This document shows, one piece after another, positions 24,691 through 37,539 of a stretch of DNA of 64,000 nt (its first letter is position 1; every line of letters begins with the position of its first letter). Both the position numbers and the translations under genes were made by a program. The notes beneath the pieces are model-generated. The model was not told the origin of the DNA. It saw nothing but the letters and a program-made list of their open reading frames with translations, and searched no databases. Origin of the DNA: Mobula hypostoma. Taxonomy: Eukaryota. The stretch lies in assembly GCF_963921235.1 (NCBI RefSeq), contig NC_086097.1, positions 194,434,001 to 194,498,000 of the forward strand, written 5' to 3'.

Positions 24691-24914
24691 ATTTCATAAC
24701 CTCAATTGATTTTTCTGGTTTATTTTCTATTATGATATTGGACTTTCTCTTCTTCCTGGAATTGGGCTTTCCGAGATCTGCACATGCAGCATCCTAGGGG
24801 CCTAATGTAGCTATTTCTGTAGCCATTTTTGATCTGTGCATTAATAGAAAGACAGAATGGGTATAAAGGAAGTTGAAAATGGCTGAAAAATGACAAAAAT
24901 GGAAAGAACAGCTG

Positions 24915-25047
24915 AACACAAGATCTGAAGATCCTGGAAATCCAGTGTAACACACACAAAATGTTGGAGGAACTCAGCAGGTCAGGAAGCATCCAAATAA
25001 AGAAATAAAGAGACAATGTTTCAGGTTGAGACCCTTCATCAGGGCTG
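24915..25047 (-). mobile_element. PLE mini-unit with hammerhead core
   Basis: Minus strand CAGCC-CTGATGA-AGGGTCTCAACCT-GAAA-CATT followed by the terminal hairpin region. Confidence 0.75.
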
Positions 25048-26574
25048 ACTGATGAAAAAATGCTGAAAACCATGTTTGGAAACTGAACCAGAGTTAACAT
25101 TTAAAGTGGAAGACCCTTCATTCCTATTCATTATGGATAGGAGCACACTTTAAGTGCTGCTCCACATTTGTCCAGCGGTTGTCCTAGACTACCATCAGCA
25201 GTCACTCTGCCAATGTTGTTCCCTCAAAAAGATATAGATTAGACCAGATGTTGAGATTCCAGAGTAAGGTTAAAAACCATGGCTTTCTAATTCAGGAATG
25301 CTACCATTAGGCCAATTCTAACATAGCCCTAGATAAATTAAAATAGAAAATTAACAGATAACAGTCAGCATTTCCAGTGATTTATTTCCAACAAGCAAGT
25401 GAAAAAAAAACTATAAGTTGAAAGTCAGGCTGCCTATGCACTGTAATTGTGGATGACTTCATCAGCTATACTGTCAGCAAGGTTCCTTGTCAAAAACAGA
25501 GCCAAAGAAAATTATTACAGATACAAATACAAAAGTTTTGTGCATGAAGTAAGCCTGTTAATTTATTCAGGTTAGTTTTTTGGTATGGAGTTAAGGGAGC
25601 AGGATATTAAGAGTGGCATTGCAATGTGCTGGTATTTCATTCACCACAGGTCACCCAGAAATGCCTCAAATTGCATGAGCTCCATGCAAGGTAAACACGT
25701 TCAAAAGCCTTGTTAGAATTTTGTTCTCATTCCAGTCCCATCGTAGATTATTTTGACCCTCAAGCTTGGGTTCATTCTCATCAATAACCCTCCGTTCCCC
25801 GAACTTTTCTTGTGACTTTCTCTGAAATCCAATCTGCCTGGGTAAATTAAAATGCTCCACTGCATTTAACTTCTTAGTTACAATTGGGCTTACCTAATGC
25901 TTTCAAAGAATTGCAGTCCAGGCTTCAATCTCAGAGCACGGCATCAAAGCTGGTGATAAGGCATGTTTAAAATATTCATTCACCAATAGATGATGTTTGA
26001 AAATAATAGTCACAGAATGTTTGGTATTTGTAACCAACTCCTCAAACAGTGAAAAGCTAATGCATTTAAAGCTGATTTTTTGTAAAAGCTTTCAAATAAT
26101 AATGCTTTTCCTTTTTTACTGCTCAGAAACATAATTAATCTAAATGGTTCCTGGGAAATCCATATCGATTTTAATTCTTTCATGAGTATCAAACCAATTA
26201 GCCACCATTCAAACTGACTCTGGCTCAACTTTAATTAGGGATCAGTTCTCAGTAGCTGAGTTTTGATGTCAGTTCTAAACTCAATCATTCCACAAATAAT
26301 ATAACGCCTGGGCTACTTTAAATTTCTTACTGTCATTTTAATTGTACATGGGCAACATTTCTCAAAGTAAGTGCAGTTTCTCACAGAACAAGAAGTTAAG
26401 TGCCAAGGGAGCAAGTGGTTAACTTGCAAGTGACACTACAGTTAATGGTAAGCAGGAAGGAGAGTAGCAGAGGTAACGGGTGGTGGAACAGATAAAAAGG
26501 GCCTGAAGTTATCCTATTTTATGCAGTATGTGGTATTTCATATGATATAATAATGCATGTAGGAGTAGCTTTAT

Positions 26575-26710
26575 CTATTTATTTATTTAGAGATACAGTG
26601 CAGAACAGGCCCTTCCAGTACACCGACCAACCTACTAAACGGTATGTCTTTGTCGCTCTGACACTCCAAGCTGTAATCGTGTTGTGCTAATCACTACACC
26701 ATGTGGCACC
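26575..26710 (-). mobile_element. Internally deleted SINE remnant
   Basis: (TTTA)n-GAGATACAG...AGGCCCTTCC end shared with 52355-52395 and 63340-63470. Confidence 0.55.
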
Positions 26711-26974
26711 TTCCCGTAGCACGCATTTGTCAATAAAAAAGCAGGTTAAACATCTTATGTGTATGTACACAATCATCAGTCAATAGTGGGATTTCACTGG
26801 GTATGTGGAAACAGTGGGAAAACGTTGCTGAGGCCAAGATTAGATCAGTCACAATTTTACTGAACGACAGGGCAACTTCAAATGCCCAACTGGCCTTTAT
26901 TGTTCCTGATTCTTATGCCAATTGGGAATGAAGTATTCAATGAGAAAATGGTTCACAACACAGGGAACTCCATA

Positions 26975-28272
26975 CTCACCCCACCTCCCGACATAATGGG
27001 GATAGGGTTCCTCTTGCCCTCACCTAACATACCACAGCCTCCATGTCCAGCACATCAGTCTGCGCAACTTCTGCCATCTCTAACAGGATCCTATCACTGA
27101 ACAACACACATAAAATGCTGAAGGAACTCAGCAGGTCAGGCAGCATCTACGGAAAAAAGCACAGTCAACGTTTCGGGCTGAAACCCTTCAGTTGGACTGG
27201 GGTTTGCCGAAGGGTTTCAGCCCAAAAAGTCGACTGGCTTTTTTTTATAGATGCTGCCTGGCCTCCTGAGTTCCTCCTGCATTTTATGTGTGCTGCTCAG
27301 ATTTCCAGAATCTGCAGATTTTCTCTTGTGTGTGATCTTATCACTGGGTACATCTTTCCCTTCCTCCCCTCTCCACTTTATACTGAATTCACTTTCTTCT
27401 TGTCCCTCTCACCAATCCCTCTCACAGTATATAATTCTGCAACTGTGCCAAATGCTCTACCTGCCCCTACACCTTCTCCCTCACCACCACTTAGGGCCCG
27501 AAACAGTCCTTCCAGGTGAGGCAGTGCTTCTCCTGCAAGTCTATCAGGGTCATCTACTACATCCAGTACTCCCGGTGAGGCCTTCCCTACATCTGTGAGA
27601 TCCAACAAAGACTGGGGAATTGCTTTGTTGAGCACCTTCACTCTGCCTTCAAAAGGCAGGATTTCCCAGAGGCCAGTCATTTAAAATTTTCTTCCTACTC
27701 CCATTTCTTCAAGTCTGTCTATGACTTCCTCTACTTCCATGATCAGGCCAAGTGGAGGATAAAGATGCAACACCTGACAGTCCATCTGGGTAGTTCTCAA
27801 CCTGATGGTATGAACATTAATATCTCTTATTTCCAGTAACCAATTCACTCTATTTTCCCCATTTTCTATTTTCTAGTTGCCTTCTCACCCCTCTTCTTCT
27901 CCATCCTCATGGCATGCCTATCACCTCCCTCCACCTCCTTCCAACTATTCCATGCTACACTGTCCTTTCGGATTAGATTCTTCCTTCTTAAACCCTTCAC
28001 CACTTCCACCTGTGATCTCCCAACTTCACAGAGTGCCACCCCTCCCCCACCCACCTACCTTCACCCTAGCTTGGTCTTTCTTACCACTTGCCAGCTTGTA
28101 CTCCTCTTCCCACCTCTGGTTTCCATCACCTTTTTTTCCATTCCTTTCCAATCCCAATGAAGGGTCTCAGCACAAAAAGTCTTTCTCCATAAATGATCCT
28201 GATATGCTGAGTTCCTCCAGCATTTTGTGTGTGTTGCTCAAAATTTCCACCATGTGCAGAATCTCTTGTGTC
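26975..28272 (+). mobile_element. Old PLE 3' part (GIY-YIG and pLTR)
   Basis: Collinear with 44720-45370; terminal segment with decayed hammerhead near 28150-28182. Confidence 0.8.
27100..27333. mobile_element. Foldback PLE mini-element (two head-to-head terminal units), 13-bp TSD
   Basis: Arms about 27102-27190 and 27208-27295; GATCCTATCACTG (27087-27099) and GATCTTATCACTG (27334-27346). Confidence 0.85.
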
Positions 28273-29473
28273 TCACATTTATGTTTAATCCTTCATTTTG
28301 AACTACTTCATTAAGTTTAATGCTGGAAATTTTTACTACCTTCTTTATGATGTATTTTTCCTACAGACTTTTGAAATATATCCAGTTTTGAGAATTCCAG
28401 ATCTATAATGAGTCCAGTTAACAATCACTCATTTTTTTCATTGCTTCCCTTTATGTAAGAAGATATCTTCTGACATTTTTGGATTCAGTTCCCAGGCAGT
28501 ATTTATTTGTGTGAGTTTAAGGACACTGAAAATGTCATTCTGAAAGTATATTTATATGATGCAATTCAGGTACCAAATATGAAGACAATATTTTTCTGCA
28601 GTTAAGAACTTCAAAATGACATAAGATTGATTGATGATCTGAAGGTTTCAATAAATGGAGCTCTTCCAATCATTTTATTGCCTCACGTACAGACCCATCC
28701 ATATGTTCTGCATTTATCCTTGGTTTGTCGAGTTAAAGAACACAATGAATCCTGTCAGACATCTGAGTTAGTTCTTTAAGACCTATTACCTATGGGACAG
28801 TTAAACTCTTAGCCAAATGATCTTTTAATTAAGATTCCAAAGCTTGTCTTTCATATGTTGGAAGAAAATTGAATTGAAGAAGAATAGTTAATCTTGTAAA
28901 TCCTTGTATCTTTCATTTAGAATAGAATATTAGTCACAATGAAAAAAGTTGGCTTCTTATGACATCCTTTGTAATATTTTGACTTCAATTTTGTTCAAAT
29001 TTCATAACAAGAAAAAAGTTGTAATGTCAAGGGTTTTAATTTTATATATCACACCACTCTTTATCCCACTGGAATGTAAAATTGAGCTGACTTTGGGTCA
29101 ACTAAACTACTTAAGATTTTTTAGCATTGCATCATTAATATAGTATATTCGAAGTTAGTAGGAGTATGGTGTTATGGCCATTACAGAGACTTGGCTGTCA
29201 CAAGGGCAGGAATGGCTGCTGGATGTTCTGAGGATTAGATATTTCAAAAGGGACATGGAGGGAGGAAAAGAGGTGGGGGAGTAACATTGCACATTAGAAA
29301 TAGTATGATAGCTACAGAAAGGGAGTTCAGTGTGGAGGGATTATCTACTGAGTTAGTGTGGGTGGAAGTCAGAAGTACCCAGGGCACAATCACTGTGTAG
29401 GAGTATTCCATAGGCCCTCTAATAGCAACAGGAACATGAATAGATCAGTAGGCAGATTTTGGTAAAGTGCAAA

Positions 29474-29708
29474 AATCAGAATCAGGTTTATTATCTTCAG
29501 TTTATGTCATGAAGTTTGCTGTTTTGTGGCAGCAGCACAGTGCAATACATAAAGAATTATGCTAAGTGATAATAGGTCATGTAAAAAGTGAGGCAGTGTT
29601 CAAGGATTAAAGGTCCACTCAGAAATCTGATGGCAGAGGGGAAGAAGCTGCTCTTAAAACATTTAGTGTGTGTTTTCGGACTCTTGTACCTCCTCCTTGA
29701 TGGTAACA
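29474..29708 (-). mobile_element. Rex/Babar 3' end
   Basis: AATCAGAATCAGGTTTATT tail and body similar to 39746-40310. Confidence 0.7.
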
Positions 29709-31297
29709 ATTAGAATGATGCTATCCGGCAGGAATTTGGGACTGTAAATTGGGAACAGATGTTGTCAGGGAAATTTACAATGGAAATGTGGAGGATATTT
29801 AGGGAGCACGTGCCTAGGGTTCAGACTAAGTTTGTCCTATTGAGGCAAGGAAAGGTTGGTAGGATGATGGAACCATGGTTGACATGAGAGGTGGAACATT
29901 TAATCAAGAGGAAGAAGGAAGCATAATTATGCCTTAGGATGCAAGCATCAGACAGAACTCTAAAGAGTTATAAGGTAATCAAGAAGGAGGTTAAGAAGCT
30001 ACTTCAGAGAACTAGGAGACACGAGAAGGCCTTGGTGAGTAGGATTAAGGAAAACCCTAAGCCATTCTACATGTATGTGAAGAACAGGAGAATGACCAAA
30101 TTGAGGGCAGGACTAATAGTGGATAAAAGTGGAATTGTGTGCCTGGAGTCTGAGGAGTTAGGGGAAGTCTTTAATGAATACTTTGCTCTGATGTTCACCA
30201 GGAGAAAGGTCAGTGTAGAACAGGCTACCGTGGGAGGTGAGGGAAGAGATTGCTTCACCATTGGCAATCATCCTTGTGTTCTCACTGGCTACAGGAGTTG
30301 TAACAGAAGATAGGAAGATGGCAAATGCTATTACTTATTTTCTAGAAAGGTAATGGGGATAATCCTGGGAATTATAGACCAGTGAATCTTGCATCAGTGG
30401 TGGGAAAACTATTAGAGAAGATTATTAGAGACAGGATTTACAAGCATAGTCAGATTAGGGATTGTCAGCATAGCTTTGTGAGAGGTAGATCATGCCTCAC
30501 AAGCCTGATTGACTCTTTCAAGGAACTAACTAAACAAATTGATGAAGGTAGAGTGGTGTATATGGATTTTAGTCAGGCATTTGACAACATTTCCCATTCT
30601 AGGCTCGTTCAGAATGTCAGGAGGCATGGGATCCATGGGAACTTGGCAGTGTCGATACAGAATGAGCTTGCCTACAGAAGGCAGAGGGTGGGAGTAGATG
30701 GAACATATTCTGCCTGGAGGTCTGTGACTAGTGATGTTTCACAGGAATCTACTTTTGGGTCCCTTGATCTTAGTGATTTTTATAAATGACGGATGAGGAA
30801 GTGTAAGGGTGTGTTACTATGTTCTGAGATGACACAGAGGTTGATAGTGTTGTGAATAGTGTAGAGGGTTGTCAGAGGTTACAACAGGTTGTTGATAGGA
30901 TGCAGGGCTGGACTGAGAAGTGGAAGATGGATTTCAATCTGGAAAAGTGTGAAATGATACACTTTGAAGAGTCGAACTTGAAGGCAGAGCACAAGATTAA
31001 TGGCAGGATTCTTAGCAATGTGGAGGAACATATGGGCCTTGAGGTCCAAGCCCTTAGATCCCTTGAAGTTTCTGTGCAAGTTGATAAGTTAGTTAAGAAG
31101 GCATATGGTATGTTGGCCTTCATTAGTTGGGGGACTGAATTCAAGAGCCATGAAGTAATGTCACAGCTCTATAACACTCTGGTGAGACCACATTTAGAGT
31201 ATTATGTTCAGTTTTGGCCACCCCAGTTATAGGAAGTATGTGGAAGCTTTAAATGAGGTGGCTAAACCTCATTTATAGAAAGTATGTGGAAGCTTTA

Positions 31298-32090
31298 GGG
31301 CCGGCTGGTGGTGTAGTGCCATCAATACTGGACTTTAAGGTAGATGGTCCTGAGTTCAAACCCAGCCGGGTCCCAACTGGGCAGCAGCGGTATCTGCATG
31401 GAAGAAAGGCCTGGCAATCTACTTCTTTATGAGGTCATGAGATCACGAAGAGTCATATATAACCACATAACCATATAACAATTACAGCACGGAAACAGGC
31501 TATCTTGGCCCTTCTAGTCCATGACGAACTCTTATTCTCACCTAGTCCCACCGACCTGCACTCAGCCCATAACCGTCCATTCCTTTCCTGTCCATATATC
31601 TATCCAATTTAACTTTAAACAACAACATCGAACCTGCCTCAACCACTTCTGCTGGAAGCTCGTTCCACCCAGTTACCACTCTCTGAGTAAAGAAGTTCCC
31701 CCTCATGTTACCCCTAAACTTTTGCCCTTTAACTCTCAACTCATGTCCTCTTGTTTGAATCTCCCCCACTCTCAATGGAAAAAGCCTATCCACGTCAACT
31801 CTAACTATCCCCCTCATAATTTTAAATACCTCTATCAAGCCCCCCCTTAACCTTCTATGCTCCAAAGAATATAGACCTAACTTGTTCAACCTTTCTCTGT
31901 AACTTAGGAGATGAAACCCAGGCAACATTTTAGTAAATCTCCTCTGTACTCTCTCAATTTTATTGACATCTTTCCTATAATTTGGTGACCAGAACTGTAC
32001 ACAATACTCCAAATTTGGCCTCACCAATGCCTTGTACAATTTCAACATCAACCAAAGTCAGACTTGAATTAATGACTGAACAACAAGAAC
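31298..32090 (+). mobile_element. tRNA-derived SINE with RTE-like tail, split by a CR1
   Basis: A box TGGTGTAGTG, B box GAGTTCAAACC; tail AGTCAGACTTGAATTAATGACTGAACAACAA; TSD ATGTGGAAG(G)CTTTAG on both sides. Confidence 0.75.
31456..32050 (-). mobile_element. Young CR1 3' fragment inserted in the SINE
   Basis: 169-aa open CR1 C-terminus; (TATATGGT)n tail; same subfamily as 56578-57739. Confidence 0.9.
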
Positions 32091-33408
32091 ATGTGGAAGG
32101 CTTTAGAGAGGGTGCAGAGGAGATTTACCAGGACACTTCCTGGATTAGAGAACATGTCTAATGAGGAACGGGTGAGTGAACTGGAGCTTTTCTCTCTGGA
32201 GTGAAGGAGGATGAGAGGCAATGATAGGTGTGTATGAGATAAATAGAGTGGATAGCCAGCACCTATTATCCAGGAAGCAAAGGCTAAAATGAGAGGACAT
32301 GAAAGTATAGGGGGAATGTGTGGTAACTACATGGAACGCTCTGCCAGTGGTGGGTGTAGAAACAAATGTGTTAGGCACATTTAAGAGACATGTGAGTGAA
32401 AAAGGAATGGAGGGATATGTGGGAGGGAAGGATTAGATTGATCTTGGACTAGTTTAAATGTCAGCAAAACATCATGGGCTAAAGAGCCTGTACTGGGCTA
32501 TACTGTTAAATTTCTATGAATATAAAGGGAAGAGTTAAGGTGTTAGTTTAATAAAAATGCCGACTAGATGATTTCAAGTAATAATGAAGTTATTGTGATC
32601 AGGAAGGAAAGCGTATAAAGGTACAACACAAGATGCTGAGGCAGCATTTGTTAACTTAAAATCTTCAGGAGGTCATTTCTCCAAAGAGCATTAGTAAAAA
32701 CATTTTGTGCCCCTGATATTCAGCCAAATTCTGGCCATATTACAATTAAGAAAGACAACAAATAAATTATGCTATTTTGGTAATATAAGTGAAAAGGAAA
32801 ACCTGGTGTGGTTGTTTGAAGAAGATGTATCAAATCCAGTTGAGAATAGACAGAGATTGTGAGGGATCCTAACCATATTGATCAATTGAATTGAGGTACC
32901 ACTCTGTGATTGGTCCATAGCTGTTCTAAGATACCTAGGATAATGAAGGACAGGGAGTAATTGCCAATTCCTTGAAATTTCATCTTTAAATTAATATTTA
33001 AAGAGTAAAAATTAGGTTGCCATCTAAGTTTTTTTGACATAGATCCTTCAAGTTTTCCTTGTCTTGCTTTAACACCTTGACTAAATGGAGAAAATCAAGT
33101 TGTAGAAGACAAGAAAAACCCTATAATAATGTTGAGGTACTTTGTTATTGACAAATCAACTCATGAAACAAAAAATTAAAAAATGAACATGCATGGAAGC
33201 TATTGATGCAGTAGAAGGAATCCAGCTTCAATTGGTTTAAATGTGTTTCTGGCTCTTACCAGGGCATTCCTTGTTTGAAAGTATGTCTTTAAAAGCCATC
33301 TGCTGTTTGCGCTGAATATAAATTCTGCATAGACTTGAAAACTCATAATCTTTTGTGGTTGGAAGAATTCAGTTCACTGGGGAATATTTCTATTTTTGTG
33401 GTCATACT

Positions 33409-36400
33409 TCATACAGTCATGGCATCGTATGGCATGGTGGCATCCATTAGTCTCGCGAGACCATGGATCAGCGTCTGGAAAGTCTTGCTTCGGTCTGTGT
33501 TGGTAGAGTGGCATCTGTTGTGGCTGTAGAGGCCCACACGGGAGTGACAGTCTCGGCTGCAGTGACTGCACTTGAAGGTGCTGTCCTCCAGTGTTGTCTT
33601 GGTGCTGTTTATCCGGCGAGTCCACTTTTCTTCAGCAGCAAACCTCAGCTTCTCTTCTCCTCTTTTTAGACCCCTGCGTAGTTGCAGCCTCCAGCGAGAG
33701 CAATCGCTTGCGATGTCCTCCCACCTCTCGACGTTCATTTTCAGTGACTTCATGTTTCTCTTGCAGACATCTTTGAAATGAAGATGGGGCCGCCCTTGTG
33801 CTCTCTTGCCGGAGGCCAGTTCCCCGTATAACTGGTCTTTCGGGACCCTGCCATCTGACATACAGTGTACGTGGCCCAGCCAGCGGAGCCGGCGTTGTTG
33901 GAGCAGGGTGAAGAGGCTGTGTATCTGGGCGCAGGGCAGGACCTCATTGTTGGTGACTCGGTCAATCCATTTGATGTCCAGGATGCGTCTCAGGCTGCAA
34001 AGGTGCAAGGCATTGAGACGCCGCTCTTGTCTGGAGTAAAGGCTCCAGGTCTCACTGCCGTAAAGCAGTGTGCTGAGGACGCAGGCCCTGTAGACTGCAA
34101 CCTTAGTGTGCGTTGTCAGCTTTCTGTTCTCCCAGACTCTCTTTGTCAGCCTGGCGAATGTTGAGGCTGCTCGTCCGATCCGTCTGTTGATCTCTGGGTC
34201 TAGGGAGAGACTGTCTGTGATGGTGGAGCCAAGGTATGTAAACTCGTGAACTACCTCCAGCTCGTAGTTGTTGATGGTAATGGCAGGGGGGTGCTCAAAG
34301 CCTTGGCCCAACACGTTGGTCTTCTTCAGGCTGATGGTCAAGCTGATGTCCTGGCAGGCTCTTGAGAAGCTGTCCACGAGGCATTGCAGTTGCTCTTCAG
34401 AGTGTGTTTCCAGTGCTGCATCGTCTGCAAACAACATGTCCCTGATGAGTACTTCACGAACCTTGGTTTTTGCCCTCAGCCGGGACAGACTGAACAGCCT
34501 CCCGTCCAATCTGGTGTGGAGGTAGACACCATCAGCTGATGTTCCAAAGGCGTGCTTCAGAAGATGCCGAACAGGGTGGGGGCAAGCACACAGCCCTGCT
34601 TCACACCGCTGCGGATGTTGAAGGCCTCCGAAGAAGAGCCATCGAACTGAACGACGCCCTTCATGTCTGTGTGGAATGACTGAACTATCCTGAGGAGCCT
34701 CGGGGGACAACCAATCCTGGAGAGGATTTTGAACAGGCCATCTCTGCTCACAAGGTCGAAGGCCTTCATGAGGTCAATGAAAGCAAAGTAGAGTGGTTGT
34801 CTTTGCTCTCTGCATTTCTCTTGTAGCTGTCAAAGTAAGAAGATCATGTCGATTGTGGAGCGTTCTGACCTGAAACTGCACTGAGACTCAGGATATACCC
34901 TTTCGGTTATTTTCTGCAGTCTGTTCAGGACCACGCAGGTGAAGACCTTCCCAATGATGCTCAGCAAGGAGATTCCCTTGTAGCTGTTACAGTCGCTTCT
35001 GTCCCCTTTGTTCTTATATATGGTGACAATGTTGCAGTCTCTCATGTCTTGCGGCACTGCTCCCTCTATCCAGCACTGACATAGTAGTTCATGCAGGTGG
35101 TTTAGAAGGTCACCCTTTGCATATTTGATGGCCTCTGGTGGAATGCAATCCAGCCCTGGTGCCTTCCCAGTGGGCAGGCTGTCGATGGCTTTACTAAGCT
35201 CTTCAGCAGTTGGCAATGCATTCAGTTCCTCCATGACAGGCAGGCATTCCACAGCGTCTAGCGCGCTATCTGAGATGCTGTTTTCTCTGGAGAAAAGTTC
35301 AGAGTAATGCTCCACCCATCTCTCCATCTGCTTGCCTTTGTCATTGATGGTCTTGCCTGTTATGGTTTTCAGTGGTGCTGTCTTGCTCTGGGTTGGCCCG
35401 ATGGCTTTCTTGATCCCCTCGTACACTCCACGGATGTTGCCTGTGTCAAATGATGACTGAATGCTTTCACATAGTTGTAGCCAGTAGTCATTTGCACAGC
35501 GTCTGGCTGTTTCCTGGGCCTTGCTTCTTGCTGTCCTTAGCGCTTGCAGTGTTGCCTGGGTGGGTTGGCGTTTGTGCTCTAGTAGTGCAACACGCTTAAC
35601 CTCGATGACAGCGGCGAGCTTACTTGAGTTCACTTCAAACCAGTCCTGTGTCTTGCCCCATTTCTTCCCGAAGGCCTTGAGTGCAGTGCAGTGGATATTG
35701 TCCCTGAGAGAGTCCCATCTCTGCTGAGCATCTCCTTCCGGTGGGTCAGCAAGGAGAGCACCCTCCAGTGACCTGATGAACTCTGCAGCTTTGTCTGGGT
35801 GTTGTGTCTTACTGGCATCGATGCGCTGCTTGCCTGGAGGCTTGGCGCAGTGCATCTTCTTCGGCCGAAGTCTGATCTTGCAGCAAACCAGAGAGTGATC
35901 CGTGTCGCAGTCAGCACTCTGAAAGGAGCGAGTCATGAGCACGTTTCTCAGGTGACAGCGTCTTGTGATTATCAGGTCTAGCTGGTGCCAGTGTTTGGAG
36001 CGGGGATGTCGCCAAGACACTTTGTGCTGAGCTTTGGTCTGGAAGTAGGTGTTGGTGACACACAATTTGTGGAGCATGCAAAGCTCGAGGAGTCGTTGCC
36101 CATTGTCATTCATGCTGCCAATCCCATACCGCCCCAGGCAGCTTGGCCAACAGTCGTGGTTGGCACCCACTCTGGCGTTGAAGTCACCAAGTAGCAGCAA
36201 CTGTTCCTGACTTGGGATCTCCTGTATCATCATTGAGAGCTGGTTATAGAACTTGTCCTTTGCGTCTTGTGTAGAGTAGAGGGTTGGGGCATGGACGCTG
36301 ACAGGGTTGACAGGCCCATCGGATGTGTGGCATTGAAGTGAGAAAATCCGCTCTGTACAATTCTCACTAGGCTCTACCATCTTCAGCAGCGAGTTCTTCA

Positions 36401-36660
36401 TGGCAAAGCTGACACCATGCTCTCTGGTCTCGTCTGAGCCCTTTCCCTGCCAGAAGAAGGCATAGTCTCTCTCACGTAGGGTTTCCGATTCTGCGAGAGG
36501 TGTCTCTTGGAGTGTTGCGATGTCCACTTGGAGTCTCGACAGTTCATTGTTAATCACTGCTGTCTTGCGTGTGCCGCTGATCTCCCGAAGGTCATCTGAT
36601 ATACCAGTTGTCATGGTCTGTATATTCCAGCATCCCAGTCTGAGTGCTGGCTTCTTTCTT
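33409..36660 (-). pseudogene. RTE ORF (APE endonuclease, RT, C-terminal C2H2-like finger), few disruptions
   Basis: LGCWNIQTM, LQET, LGDFNARVG, DTDHSLV, KAFDLV, GVKQGCVLAP, LFADD, CSHCSRDCHSRVGLYSH. Confidence 0.92.
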
Positions 36661-37311
36661 TGTCTTCTGGTTGTACTTGGTGCAGCGTTTACAGTCCGCA
36701 GTTCGAGCTACTTGTATCCCTGAGCCCCATGCCCCCAGTGGAGCGGGCGGACTGGGGCGGGACAGCACCTAAATGGCGGGGGGCTGCCCTGCTTGAGGCG
36801 GGGGTAGCTGTCCAGTGAGACATGATGGTCTCTCCCTCCGTCGAAAGCAACCCCTGGCGCCTTGCTCTACGCCAGTCGAGCGCAGGCTTATGACCAGTAG
36901 ACTGCTGCTTTCCGTGTTGTGCCGTCGTGGTGAGGCGACGCTGGAGTGTCCTCTCCAGGGCTCAGGCCTGGGCAAGATTGTATGGAAGACCGGCAGTTGC
37001 CCAAGCAGCAAGTCTCCCCTCTCCATGACACCGATGTTGTCCAAGGGAAGGGCAAGGACCGATACAGCTTGGCACCAGTGTTGTCGCAGGAGCTGCCAGA
37101 ACGAGGTTGAAGGCAACGTCGGACTGCCTTAGGGACTCCAGCTCTAGATTTGTCCTCAGGGTTTATGCCCGAAACCTTTCCCATGAATGGGTACGGCTGC
37201 AAGGCAGCAGAGGTTTGAAATCAGAGTTTTCCCTCTCTTAGACAGACTGCCTTCCCAGGCTGACGAGCTCCATCTACCTGAAGCACTAGTTTTAAGGCGC
37301 CAGAACCCGCC

Positions 37312-37390
37312 TTCGCCTCTTCTCCTGTCAGTAGAAACAGTTCCGCCGGGCTTAGAGGCTAAGCCAAATGAGAAGGTCAGGAGTTGGACT
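37312..37390 (-). ncRNA. Twister-like ribozyme candidate in the RTE 5' UTR
   Basis: GTC-CAA-CTCCTG...G-CCTCT-AAGC-CCGG...CAGGAG-AAGA-GGC: P2 CTCCTG/CAGGAG, AAGCCCGG signature, CCTCT/AGAGG pseudoknot potential; P4 imperfect. Confidence 0.45.
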
Positions 37391-37539
37391 TGGTTGTCAG
37401 AGGCTATTTGAGGCACATGCTGTGAGGAGCACTTTTAGGTAGTGGGAGCTTGTCCCACTACCACTCCTTGTCTTGACAACCTTGGAACCATATAAAGATA
37501 AAAATGCAGTCATAGACTTTTCATAATTATATTACATTT

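Larger units (their letters stand above)
29160..32518 (+). mobile_element. Decayed CR1 ORF2 hosting several insertions
   Basis: KENPKPFYMYVK, YMDFSQAFD, RPHLEYYVQFW; resumes at about 32091. Confidence 0.9.
33404..37481 (-). mobile_element. Near full-length RTE-clade LINE with ~800-nt 5' UTR
   Basis: Single APE-RT ORF, structured UTR, short ATG-rich tail. Confidence 0.92.

Noticed and set aside
25645..25698. 41-nt AG...GT exon candidate sharing AGGTCACCCAGAAA with the region near 1560
   Set aside because: Weak pyrimidine tract, no recognisable peptide; match may be chance
31298..31370. Functional tRNA gene (also 57740-57808)
   Set aside because: No complete cloverleaf; continues into a SINE body or a CR1
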